Shown piece after piece: positions 1-10,054 of a stretch of 64,000 nucleotides of DNA. The DNA is from Bugula neritina (lineage: Eukaryota > Animalia > Bryozoa), in contig OZ037765.1 of the NCBI GenBank assembly GCA_964035545.1, forward strand, positions 8,938,698-9,002,697, written 5' to 3'. The position numbers and the translations under genes are program-made. The notes beneath the pieces are model-generated. The model was not told the DNA's origin and made no database searches. It saw nothing but the letters and a program-made list of their open reading frames with translations. Position 1 is the first letter of the stretch, and each line of letters opens with the position of its first letter.

Positions 1-452
1 GTTGATATTTCTGTGGTGTTGACAACTCCCACATTTGCTCGATTCTTTTCTCGTACGGCTTTCCCCTAGACTTTCATGCGTGCCGCTTTTAACGCAGTCA
101 CATACGAAGTCCTTCAAGTATGCGGGGGGTTGCCTCGTACGCTGTCCCCTTTCTAGGGGGGGTGACACGCTTGCCGGTTCGTTAGTAGGGGCCTCTAATG
201 GCGTCTCTACTTCACCGTCAGCAGTCACCTCTTCTTGTTCTCCGGATGGAGCCCCTCCCTCCGTGGGGGTTTGCACTTCCGGAACCGGCTCGGTTTCTGG
301 AAGTGATGGAATTAGACTTGGCGGTGGCGGACACGCTTCCGTTGGTAGAAGCTGCCGCTCCTCTCTCACCAAGTTTTCTTCCCGCGGTATGACCACTTCG
401 TATTCAGGTCCATGCCGCCGTCGCCCGCGCGTTGTTGTCTGCCTCCTGGGCT

Positions 453-3400
453 CTAACAACGGGGGGGGGCTTCTCCCACTCCGCCGGGGCTAGCCCAATA
501 CGGTTTCAAGCGAGACTCATTCTGGATAGATACCTGTCCTGAGCGCTCGATCTTGTACGTATGATTGGGCATAGCCTCGACGACCACGTAGGGGCCTACG
601 AACTTAGGCTTCAGCTTATCAGCCTGTCCGCGGCGCCTACGGTAATTGACCATCCACACCTTATCTCCCCTTTGATAGAGAGGGGGTTCATCGGAATCTT
701 CGTGCCGCACCTTCCACTGCTGTTGACGCAGTATATCGTGTGCGGCCTTCATCCGTTCCACTAGTTCACTGGCATACTCGTGAACCGAGTTGTCTTGCTC
801 TGGAACGTGATAGGTGAGATGGTCAGGGACACGAGTCTCTCTCCCGAGCATCAAGAGGTTTGGGGTCTCACCAGTACTGGTGTGTGGGGTGCTACGATAT
901 GCACGCATGACTTGCGGCAACACCGTATCCCATTCCTCTTGACCTCGTCCAAGGAGGAGACTCCGGAGCGCATCACCTAGCATCCGGTTGTTGCGCTCCA
1001 CCACCCCGTTACCTTGAGGGTGGTAGGGGGTGGTCCTGCTCTGATTTACTCCCCAGAGATGGCAAAGGTCGCTCATCAGTTGAGACTGGAATTGAGCGCC
1101 TTGATCAGAGTGTATCTGTTCGGGAATCCCAAAATAACAGAATACATGTTGGTCTAGTGCCCTGGCCACTGTTGGGGCTGATGCATCTGGGATAGCCAGA
1201 GCATCCGCCCACCTAGTAAAGTGGTCGGTTAGTACTAGGATCCAATTATTGCCTCTGGGGGTCAGGGGCATGGGTCCGACCAGGTCTACAGCGACTACTT
1301 GCCAGGGCCTACCAGCATATAGCCTCCGCCGTCCTGCTTCACCAGGGGGGCGGCTATGCTTACTGGCCTGGCAGATCTCACACTGTTTGACTCTGAGCCG
1401 GACGTCACGCTCCATCTGCGGCCAATACCATCGGAGTCGTAATTTGGATATCACTCGCTTGACCCCTGCGTGGGCCTGCTTGTGAGTATCCCAAATCAAC
1501 TCACGGCGGATGGCTGTGGGGCAGACTACCCTCTTCCTTTCCGGGTGTCTGACGCTGGCAGCTAGAGAGATGGTTAGCAACCCATCCTGCCCGATCCGCA
1601 GCGAGTCCCAACGCTGACAGTATAGCCGGAACTCGGCGCATCCCTGTCGTGTGCGTTCCTCGCTGGGTCGTCGCCCTTCCCTTTTGGCCCGGTATATGTC
1701 TGCCACGACTCCAGGCAGCTCTTCTTGGAGCTTCTTCAGCTCTCGAACATTACCGGCCAGTACAGGGTTGGCGCGGAGGTTTTGTACATCCTCCGGGGAC
1801 TCATCAACTCTTTGCCTGAGTTGACCTTGATCCCAGTCAAACGGCGCTCCGTGATGAGCCAGCGTCTCCAACTCGCATCGTGGGGGACCTCCATCCCTCC
1901 TCTCGATGTTGAGACACTGTTTGCAACCTCCGTCAGGTCGGCGACTCAACCCATCCGCATTGCTGTGTCTCTTGCCCGGTCGGTGTTCGATCCGGTACGA
2001 GAATTCAGCTAGGATTTCGAGCCACCGGGCGACCTGACTAGAGGGCTCTGCTCTCCTGCACAACCAGATCAGCGAGGCATGATTCGTACGCAGCCGGAAC
2101 TTCCTGCCATATAGGTATGGTCTGAAGTGCTTCACTGACTTGATTACTGCCAGCAGCTCCTTGAGGGTAGTGCAGTAATTTCGTTCAGCGGGAGAGAGAG
2201 ACTTGCTGTAGTAGGCTACTACTACTTCTCGGCCTTCCTGCACTTGTGACAGCACAGCGCCAACATTCTGGTCACTGGCGTCCGTGTCTAGGATGTACTC
2301 CAGAGTGGGGTCTGGGTAGGCCAAGATGGGCGCCGTTAGGAGGCAGCCCTTGAGGCGGTCGAACGCTTCTTGTTCGACTGGGGTCCACTGCCACGTCACT
2401 CCCTTTGCGGTAAGCCGGTTTAACGGCTGGGCTATGCCCGCAAAGTCTGGTATGTATTGCCTGTAATACCCTACCAGCCCCAAGAAAGCCCGGAGTTCGG
2501 TCAAGTCTTGGGGGGTGACCCAGTCTTCTACTGCCCGTACCTTCTCGGGATCCGTTGCCACGCCGTTTCGACCGACAACGTGCCCCAGGTACTTGACCTC
2601 CGGCTGCAACAGAGCGCACTTGGAAGGTTTGAGCTTAAGACCGGCACCTCGGAGTCTCTCGAAAACCTCCTGCAGACGACTGACATGTGTCTCGAAGTCT
2701 GGAGAGATTACGATGACATCATCGAGGTAGACCAGCAGTGTCTTCCAATGGAGTCCGCTAAGGACTTGTTCCATCAGCCTCTGGAAGGTGGCTGGGGCGG
2801 AGGTTAACCCGAAGGGCAGCACCTTCCACTTCCACAAACCGTCCCGTGTGATAAACGCCGCTTTCTCCTGGGCGTCGGGACTCAGAGGAACCTGCCAATA
2901 GCCGCTTAGCAAGTCTAACGTACTGAAGTACTTGCTGTCGGCTAGGGCGTCCAATGACTCGTCAATACGAGGTAGAGGGTAGGCGTCCTGTATGGTTACG
3001 CTATTGAGTTTGCGGTAGTCCACACAGAACCGCCAACTGCCGTCTTTCTTCCGGACCAGTACGACTGGCGAGCTCCACGCACTATGGGCGGGCTCTATCA
3101 GTCCCCGGTCCAGAAGATCCCGTACTTGTCGGCTAACCTCCTTCTCTTTCTCCGGCCCCAGCTTGCGCGTGGGCTGCCGGACAGGGACTGTCCCTGCAGT
3201 CAGCGGTATTTCGTGTCTGACAATTCCAGTCAGTCCCACGTCATGCTCTCCGCTGCTGAACACATCACCGTAGTCGCGTAGTAACTTAGCCATAGCTTGG
3301 CGTTCCCTGTTACTCGCGCAGCCGCCACTGGCTGTTTCATATAACTCCCGGAGATGTGTTGGGACTGCCCCTCGTCCCTGAATAGGGTGTCGAGGGAGTG

Positions 3401-4442
3401 CCTCTGTCGCATCATCCAGCGACGGGCCTACGTCTCCCTCCTGAACAGAGTGAAAACGGCCCAGCATCGACCCAGCCGGGAGCTTGATAGGCTCGGTAAA
3501 GGGGTTGACGCACTGCACTAAGATCTCCCCTTGCTCAGTCAGCTGATTCAGACTGCTGGCAAGTTGGATCTTTTCGTGCGCGCCTTTAACCACCCCGAGT
3601 CCAGAGATCCGGCTACTATTCACCCTGCAGTGAATGGTAGCCCGGGAGCGGCCTGGTATGGTACGGTTGCGTACCACTTGCACACCTCCCACTAAAGGGC
3701 AGCCGAACTTGTCGACGCAGGCGAGTTCCCGCCCGGACATCATCATTGCAGATCTGCTAAAATCTATGTGACATCCGTGCCGTTTAAGGAACGGCATCCC
3801 GAGGATAGCATCCTCCTTGAGCTGACTGACGATGAACGTCTCTTGGATCGGTTGATCGCGGACTCGTCCCGTCAGCTCAATTATACCATAGAAGGGAAGG
3901 CACGACCCGTCAGCTAGGGTGCCGTATTCCCCTTCGTATGCTTCCATCTCGCCCCTGACCCTAGCACTGAGGGTGTCGAAGAGTTGGCGGCTTAAGAGGT
4001 TTGTGGTACAGCCCGAATCAATGAGAAAAGTAACAGCTTTGCCTTCCAGTTTACCGGGCAAGAAATAGCTGTTCCCATGGGGCTGCACCTGAACTCTCCC
4101 TTCAGGCCTTACTCTCGCAGGGAGTACCTCCCTCGCTTTGGGTCGCGAAGGAGGTCTCTTGGGGCGGTGATAGGTAGGCCTCGGGGGTGCCGAGGCTAGA
4201 TTCTCAGCTACCTTTGTGTGCTCCCATCCAGATTCTTGGACTTGTAGCCCTGTGAATCTGTTGTGAAGGGGCATAGAAAAGGCAGCCGCGGGGCGAAGCC
4301 CCTTGCTGGTCCGTCGTGGCTGTTGCCACTGTTGGTTGCCAGTACGCGGTACCCGTCTGGGTGACCTGCGTTTCTTCTTCCCTAGAGGTTTCATCGTCGG
4401 CCCGCGGAAGGTGGGAACATCTGCGGGCCGCGGTAGTTTAAC
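453..4442 (-). CDS. pol: Gypsy Pol polyprotein (aspartic protease, reverse transcriptase, RNase H, integrase), probably expressed by -1 frameshift from gag
   Basis: LIDSGC (protease), RFCVDYRKLN and YLDD (RT), LDTDAS (RNase H), H..AHAG...C..C zinc finger plus VAVDLVGP / IHSDQG / VERNNR (DDE integrase), FVGPY (GPY/F). Confidence 0.96.
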   Translation of the reverse strand, partial: VKLPRPADVPTFRGPTMKPLGKKKRRSPRRVPRTGNQQWQQPRRTSKGLRPAAAFSMPLHNRFTGLQVQESGWEHTKVAENLASAPPRPTYHRPKRPPSRPKAREVLPARVRPEGRVQVQPHGNSYFLPGKLEGKAVTFLIDSGCTTNLLSRQLFDTLSARVRGEMEAYEGEYGTLADGSCLPFYGIIELTGRVRDQPIQETFIVSQLKEDAILGMPFLKRHGCHIDFSRSAMMMSGRELACVDKFGCPLVGGVQVVRNRTIPGRSRATIHCRVNSSRISGLGVVKGAHEKIQLASSLNQLTEQGEILVQCVNPFTEPIKLPAGSMLGRFHSVQEGDVGPSLDDATEALPRHPIQGRGAVPTHLRELYETASGGCASNRERQAMAKLLRDYGDVFSSGEHDVGLTGIVRHEIPLTAGTVPVRQPTRKLGPEKEKEVSRQVRDLLDRGLIEPAHSAWSSPVVLVRKKDGSWRFCVDYRKLNSVTIQDAYPLPRIDESLDALADSKYFSTLDLLSGYWQVPLSPDAQEKAAFITRDGLWKWKVLPFGLTSAPATFQRLMEQVLSGLHWKTLLVYLDDVIVISPDFETHVSRLQEVFERLRGAGLKLKPSKCALLQPEVKYLGHVVGRNGVATDPEKVRAVEDWVTPQDLTELRAFLGLVGYYRQYIPDFAGIAQPLNRLTAKGVTWQWTPVEQEAFDRLKGCLLTAPILAYPDPTLEYILDTDASDQNVGAVLSQVQEGREVVVAYYSKSLSPAERNYCTTLKELLAVIKSVKHFRPYLYGRKFRLRTNHASLIWLCRRAEPSSQVARWLEILAEFSYRIEHRPGKRHSNADGLSRRPDGGCKQCLNIERRDGGPPRCELETLAHHGAPFDWDQGQLRQRVDESPEDVQNLRANPVLAGNVRELKKLQEELPGVVADIYRAKREGRRPSEERTRQGCAEFRLYCQRWDSLRIGQDGLLTISLAASVRHPERKRVVCPTAIRRELIWDTHKQAHAGVKRVISKLRLRWYWPQMERDVRLRVKQCEICQASKHSRPPGEAGRRRLYAGRPWQVVAVDLVGPMPLTPRGNNWILVLTDHFTRWADALAIPDASAPTVARALDQHVFCYFGIPEQIHSDQGAQFQSQLMSDLCHLWGVNQSRTTPYHPQGNGVVERNNRMLGDALRSLLLGRGQEEWDTVLPQVMRAYRSTPHTSTGETPNLLMLGRETRVPDHLTYHVPEQDNSVHEYASELVERMKAAHDILRQQQWKVRHEDSDEPPLYQRGDKVWMVNYRRRRGQADKLKPKFVGPYVVVEAMPNHTYKIERSGQVSIQNESRLKPYWASPGGVGEAPPRC

Positions 4443-5344
4443 CCCTGATTTAGGAAGGGACAATATCGGCGGAAATGTCCTTGATTTCCGCACTCCCAGC
4501 AAAAACTGACTGTTTCTCCCTGTGGCGGCGCCGATGGCCGCATGGGCTCAGGGGCGGTACTCACTGGGTTTTGTGGTGTCAGTGTTGCTATCAGCTTGGC
4601 TAGCATGTCCGTCAGTTGAGTGACTTTTGATGCCGTCGCCAACTGGGACACGGCAGCCGCGGCGGAGGTTTCCTCCCCTTGTCCCGCGGCCGTGTCTGCG
4701 CGGTCTATCTCCACTTGGCGGGAGCTTCCGCGACTTTTATGCATTTGGTTAGCTAGGAGGTAAGCTTCCCCCTCAGTCAGAGCATCTTCAACGGTGGTGA
4801 CTCCCCTAGCTAGAAACTGGTGGTGGAGACCCAGATCGTCGACAGATGCTATGAAAGCGTCGAGGGTGTACCTCTCGCGGTTGACTGGGGGCAAGTCGCT
4901 GTACGCGATCTGTGCCAGCTTCATGACCGCGGCGGCATGCTCCCGCAGCGGGGTGCGGGGATCACGCCGCAACCTCTGCAATCTGGCCCTGGCATCTGTA
5001 GCAGAGAGGCCAAAGCGGGCCCGCAGAGAAGCAAAGATATTATCAATGTCTACGCCCAGCCCATATGGCTTGGCTTTGTCCATCAATGCCATTCTAAGCT
5101 TCAGCAGGGCCACCCTAGGGGGCCACTGAGCGACGTCCATTACGTCGCTAAACTCTTGGATAAATTGTTCCACCTCCTCTTCACCCGTGAAGGTGGGCGC
5201 CTTTAACCTGTAGCGGTCTTCAGCTAGTTCTCGCGGAACCCTTCGCTCTTCTACTACATGGTTAACAGGCATTGTCTCTACAGCATTGTCTCTACGCTCA
5301 CCTTCGATTGCCGGTGGTTGAGTTCCAGCATTTTCAGTCTCCAT
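4391..5344 (-). CDS. gag: Gypsy Gag protein
   Basis: 317-aa ORF starting just after the PBS; capsid-like LKAPTFTG motif and C-terminal CWECGNQGHFRRYC zinc knuckle. Confidence 0.93.
   Translation of the reverse strand: METENAGTQPPAIEGERRDNAVETMPVNHVVEERRVPRELAEDRYRLKAPTFTGEEEVEQFIQEFSDVMDVAQWPPRVALLKLRMALMDKAKPYGLGVDIDNIFASLRARFGLSATDARARLQRLRRDPRTPLREHAAAVMKLAQIAYSDLPPVNRERYTLDAFIASVDDLGLHHQFLARGVTTVEDALTEGEAYLLANQMHKSRGSSRQVEIDRADTAAGQGEETSAAAAVSQLATASKVTQLTDMLAKLIATLTPQNPVSTAPEPMRPSAPPQGETVSFCWECGNQGHFRRYCPFLNQGLNYRGPQMFPPSAGRR
4398..4442 (-). promoter_or_regulatory. Candidate -1 ribosomal frameshift signal: G_TTA_AAC, 5-nt spacer, 8-bp GC stem-loop
   Basis: Minus strand reads GGG TTA AAC TAC in the gag frame and GTT AAA CTA in the pol frame; CGGCCCGC and GCGGGCCG arms at 4423-4430 and 4398-4405. 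Confidence 0.7.
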
Positions 5345-5356
5345 CTTGGATGCACT

Positions 5357-5374
5357 ATCCCACCGCTGCCACCA
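5357..5374 (-). promoter_or_regulatory. Primer binding site complementary to the tRNA-Leu(AAG/TAG) 3' end
   Basis: TGGTGGCAGCGGTGGGAT lies 1 nt after the LTR ...TAACA; its complement ATCCCACCGCTGCCACCA is the eukaryotic tRNA-Leu 3' end. Confidence 0.9.
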
Positions 5375-5375
5375 C

Positions 5376-5681
5376 TGTTATAATTTTCAGATTTAGGGTT
5401 GATGTGCTATCCAGAGAGTCTATTTATCTAGTATAGAACTGCACCAGGCTAAGTCGAGTGAACGAGTATATTTTATACACAACTATACATTACAAAAACA
5501 CGATACATTATTTCCAACAAGTTACACATCTAATCTATTTCACACTCTAGCTTCGACTGAGTTAGCAGCGGGAAACTACAATTGCTGCTAACTATCAACT
5601 ACGCTAATTGGCTATCCATTGTTCCGGGTCAATTACGCGACCCTACATGTTGTGCTGCTGGTAGTTCCACGAACCACCACA
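5376..5681 (-). repeat. 5' LTR of the Gypsy element (306 bp)
   Basis: Minus strand TGTGGTGG...TAACA; homologous end to end to the solo LTR at 6889-7194. Confidence 0.92.
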
Positions 5682-6378
5682 ATAGGTAATTGGATCTAGC
5701 TCTAGCTCAGTCGTTTTAAGCATAGCATCCCACGCCAAGCCAGGGGCAGTATAATACCAAGCCGGGTCCAATTGATAGTGTTTGAGACATATGTCTCTAA
5801 AATTCTCAAACACCTCCACTAACTGCAGCACATCAACTTTCATATAAAGATCGTGGTAGTCTTTAAAAGTCTTCATATCAAACGCTTACCAAACATCTTG
5901 AGCGTGGGTATAGTCTTCATTTGATATGCCTTTTTCAGTGAAACTCGAATAGAATTTTTCTTTTGACGGTAAAGAAGTTTCATCTAACATCGATTGATCG
6001 TTAAAATAGTCATACGGGAAAACTCATTTTCTTAATAATAAATCTAATTGTTTCTCGAGATAATATTTTTTCAAGTGTTTAAAGTGGTCACGCTTTAGAT
6101 TCTCAACTAATTTTTTTAACAAAAAGTTCATAAATTTGAACGTGTCTAAAAATCGAATTTCTCGTTTAATTTCAACGATTTTTACCCTCTTTGTCAATAA
6201 ATTTATCTACTACTAGTTGTTTACTAAAAGATATGTACTTTTCTTCGTTGTTCGAAATACACAAAATTTTACCATCCCTTAAACTTTTAATGAACAGGTG
6301 AGCATCGTATCCTGACAAGTTGTGAATAAACACTGGATAAAATTCCGGAACCTTATAATTTAGCTTGCACTTATTATA
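5682..6378 (-). pseudogene. Decayed protein-primed DNA polymerase B of a Polinton/Maverick (adintovirus-like) element
   Basis: Minus-strand translation gives PVFIHNLSGYDAHLFIK, LLLRK*VFPYDY...LPSKEKFYS...DYTHAQDVW* and YHDLYMKVDVLQLVEVFENFRDICLKHYQLDPAWYYTAPGLAWDAMLK; in-frame stops; cut by the LTR at 5681. Confidence 0.85.
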
Positions 6379-6426
6379 AGTCGGTTTTCAAAAGCATCCA
6401 GTCTGCAGTGTTGAGTTTACCTAGTA

Positions 6427-6497
6427 GCTCCTGTGGCATAATGGTAGCACACTTGGTTGCCAGCCAGAGGATTCGGGTTCGATTCCCAGTGGGGGCA
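6427..6497 (+). pseudogene. tRNA-Gly(GCC)-like sequence (tRNA pseudogene or SINE head)
   Basis: A box TGGCATAATGG, B box GGTTCGATTCC, anticodon loop TTGCCAG, acceptor stem GCTCCTG/TGGGGGC with several G:U pairs, mismatches in the anticodon and T stems, TTTTT just downstream. Confidence 0.7.
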
Positions 6498-6888
6498 ATT
6501 ATTTTTCAAGCTCTTCCGGCCTTTAGTGAAGTGTAGTAGTACTCCGAGGGAGTTGAGTTTACTTTTTCCATCATCACGCCAGACAATTCAGAGACACCCA
6601 TAGACTATAATAATATAACTTCAACACTCCACGAAAATAGCATAATTTCTATAATAGCTTCGCCAGTAGTTATATTGTAGTGGCCAATGAAGCGTAGTAG
6701 TATACACTTGCAGTTAAGCCAAACAGAAGGAAACACGTGATTACCCCCCCCCCCCCCCCCCCCGGCAAAGCAGAATGCTTCCTGACAGTTTATATAGAGT
6801 TTAAGTTTTTTAAGTAGTATGTGAAGACAGAGAGTAGACTTGTATATGTGTAATAGAATTTAAATGTATTTTGCTATCATTTGTATAT

Positions 6889-7194
6889 TGTGGTGGCTCG
6901 TGGAGCTACCAGCAACACAATACGCAAGGTTGCGTATTGACCCGGAACAATGTATTAGCCAATTAGCTAGGCTGTTTTATGAGTAATAGTAGCAGCTTCG
7001 CGCTACTAGCTCAGTTGAGGATAGTGCTGTAAATTAAATAGACGTGCGTATCATTACTGTTGTACATTAGATTTTATTATGTATTCTTGTATTAAAATAT
7101 AACGATATCTACTCGACTTAACTCGGTGAAGTTTCTCTAGTGATAAATAGACTCTCTTGGTGGCACATCAACCCTAAATCTGAAAATCTTAACA
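6889..7194 (+). mobile_element. Solo LTR (306 bp) related to the Gypsy LTR, opposite orientation, ATAT target-site duplication
   Basis: TGTGGTGGCTCG...CTTAACA flanked by ATAT at 6885-6888 and 7195-7198; same length as the 5376-5681 LTR but diverged. Confidence 0.92.
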
Positions 7195-7288
7195 ATATAT
7201 TGGATTAAATATAGATTTTATCTCCTACCATCTGCAAAGTGTTTGGAACTATCCGTCAAATAGGATACGATTGCATATAGAATTTACT

Positions 7289-7795
7289 CTAAGCATTGTA
7301 ACTTGGGAAAATTATAACAATATTAATTTTTTCCATCTCACAAAATAAAAATATTTTAACTTTTATAGAGGATTTTAACAACTTTAACACTTTTGGTTTT
7401 ACTAATTTGACAAATGACTCAAAATCGTGCTTTGGTAAACCCTGAATCTCATAGGTTTGAAACCAACCTCTAGTGGCTCGCTCTTTTAGCACGGGCTTAA
7501 TCTTAGGTTGATTATATAATGCCATGATTTTTTCCTTAAACGATTTTATGGCTGGATCTATGTCTTTTAGCGTGGATATTAACTCATAATCCACTTCTCT
7601 AAGGCATGTATTTTTTCTTTGGCTTTAGTCATCATATTTCTTTCACTATGCTTTACGGCTTGAGGTATTAGTGGAGCTTGTCCAACATTGGGAATCATAA
7701 TATTTGCAGGGGTCAATAGCTGTACGAGTTCAACTTTTTTAAGTCGAGGCTCTGAGGTCTTTGACCGTTGAAAAATGCTTCTTAGTTCTATTCAT
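7289..7795 (-). pseudogene. Probable N-terminal remnant of the same Polinton PolB ORF
   Basis: Same strand and upstream of the PolB remnant; ATRGWFQTYEIQG...KVKIFLFCEMEK resembles the N-terminal region of invertebrate Polinton PolB proteins (recognised from memory); ATG at 7795 in TATATAATAAATG context. Confidence 0.5.
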
Positions 7796-8199
7796 TTATT
7801 ATATAAGAATTCTTTAAGTCTATCAAAATCAATTTCTATATAATAAAATGGATATAGGACTAAGAAGAACTTTTTTTCAATGAGGTTTACCGCACAGGCT
7901 GCCAATTAGCACGCGACTAAATCAATCCTAAGAGCGGATCACGCTTGAACATTGTACAGCTCTCCCCATTTATTATGCAAAAGTTTTTTAAACTATGAAA
8001 AATGATTTACACTAACATTACTACTCATGTACATGACTAGTCGTAATACTGCTAGGTCAGTTGCTATCAAGGGTTAGCTCAATTGCTAATACTATACAAC
8101 TTTAAGGCATTACTGTAATTTCAATCACTAGTATCTCAATACATAGAGCATTCCTGTATATAGAGACTAGGTATTTAATGTAAACTATATTACACACCA

Positions 8200-8460
8200 C
8201 TCTACTCTCATGTGTGCACGGAATCAAGAGTCATTGAGTGTGAGGTAGTCCTGATTCATCTTTAGAGTTGTCTCATGTGTGCACAAAATCAAGGTTCATT
8301 GAATGTCCTGATTCATAAAATTATTTTTAGAGTTGTTCCTACCTCTCAAAGCGTGCACAGATTCCCATGTTTCTCAGGATCATTGGTGGTTTAGAATCAT
8401 ATAATAAATTGATTTATTTTTGGAGTTGTCCCTACCCTTCAAAGCGTGCACGGATTCCTG
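8200..8460. repeat. Degenerate tandem repeat, about 4 units of 65-90 bp
   Basis: GTGCAC core recurs near 8213, 8279, 8353 and 8446, with GAGTTGT upstream of the last three. Confidence 0.6.
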
Positions 8461-8659
8461 TATTTTGTGTAAAAATGAGTTAAAAAAGGGAGCCAGAACC
8501 ATTAAAGTTCTACTACTACTGTCTGTATTTATTATGTGAAGCTTTACTTTTACTGTGTTCCTTGTTGCATTATTTTCAAGTGCATATTACTAGAAGAACT
8601 TAATTCCTTTAAACTTTGAAAATGTTCCTGAAACCACATCAAGTTTGTTTCTGGTTTAG

Positions 8660-8944
8660 TTGCCTGAGATCGCCGTGCAAGAATTTAAAGCCTCTCTTGA
8701 TCAGTACACGAATGGCTTCTCGGGAGATTTGGTAGACCTTGTGCAGCGGGTTTTCTCTTGCTGCGGAGTCAACTCTTATGCTGATTACTTGAACAAAAGT
8801 GTGCAGATACCTGCCAGCTGCAAATCTGGCAATACCACTGATGTCACTGAATTAGAGGGTTGTAGGGCCGTTGTGCTAGAGAAGCTAGATGAGAAGCTTG
8901 CTATTATTACTGGTGGGATTGACCTAGGGGCTGGAGCTGCTATG
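8660..8944 (+). CDS. Tetraspanin EC2 (large extracellular loop) exon, copy A
   Basis: tttag|TTG ... ATG|gtaagc; 285 bp, phase 0-0, open; FSCCG motif, PASC, GC. Confidence 0.85.
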
Positions 8945-9383
8945 GTAAGCATCTGGTTATGTGATGTAATAATGTTAACATATTATGATTTGTAGATTTG
9001 AATAGTATGTCAAATTAGTTGATTTATTGTGTAAGCCAGCCAGCTACAATACCTGCTGATTTTCCATTACTGCTGAAACTACTTTTCTGTTAGCAACTGC
9101 AATCTGCAATATTTGGGTGTAAGAATATAGCATTTAAAGATTTGAATGGCAACTCATATATATTTAGCAATTTCAATAGCTCTGAAGAGTTATTACACTC
9201 AGTGTCATTTACTTGAACAAACTTAAATATTTGCTAAAAGAGACTGCCTGTACTTGGTACGTGAAGCTTTACTTTTACTGTTACTTGTTGAATTATTTTC
9301 AAGTGCATATTACTAAAAGAACTTAATTCCTTTAAGCTTTGAAAATGTTCATAAAACTGCATCAAGTTTGTTTCTGGGTTTAG

Positions 9384-9665
9384 TTGCCTGAAATCACCGT
9401 GCAAGCGTTTAAAGACTCTTTTGCTCTGTACAAGAATGACGACCCTCAAAGTTTGGTAGACATTGTGCAGCGAGTTTTCTCTTGCTGCGGAGTCAACTCT
9501 TATGCTGATTATACAAAAAATGGTGTGCAGATACCTTTCAGCTGCAAATCTGATGATGTCACTGATGTCACTACCTTACAGGGTTGTAGTGCCGTTGTGC
9601 CAGAGAAGCTAGATGAGAAAGTTATTATTACTGGTGGGATTGCCCTAAGGGCTGAAGCTGCTATG
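9384..9665 (+). CDS. Tetraspanin EC2 exon, copy B
   Basis: tttag|TTG ... ATG|gtgagc; 282 bp, phase 0-0, open; CCG motif. Confidence 0.85.
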
Positions 9666-10054
9666 GTGAGCATCTGGTTATGTGATGTAATAATGTTAAC
9701 ATAATGTGATACGTAGATTTGAATAGTATCTCAAATAGGTTGATTTATTGTGTAAGCCAGCCAGCTATAATACCTGCTAATCTTCCATTACTGCTGAAAC
9801 TACTTTTCTGTTGGCAACTGCAACCTGCAATTATATTTGGGTGTAAAAATATAGCATTTAAAGATTTAAATGGCAACTTATATATATTTAGCAATCTCAA
9901 TAGCTCTAGAGAGTTATTACACTCAGTGTCATTTACTTGAAAAAACTCAAATATTTGTTAAAAGAGACTGCGTCTGTACTTAGTACGTGAAGCTTTACTT
10001 TTACTGTGTTCCTCGTTGAGTTACTTTCAAGTGCATATTATTAAAAGAACTTAA

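Larger units (their letters stand above)
1..5681 (-). mobile_element. Ty3/Gypsy LTR retrotransposon (5' LTR, PBS, gag, pol); 3' end lies beyond the window start
   Basis: TG...CA LTR at 5376-5681, tRNA-Leu PBS, gag with CCHC knuckle, pol in PR-RT-RH-IN order (Gypsy order); GC-rich compared with the host. Confidence 0.97.

Noticed and set aside
35-5206. Many plus-strand ORFs overlapping gag/pol
   Set aside because: Antisense shadows of GC-rich coding sequence; no recognisable motifs.
6889-7194. Second LTR as the partner LTR of the full-length element
   Set aside because: Opposite orientation, diverged, on the 5' side, and has its own ATAT TSD; it is a separate solo LTR.
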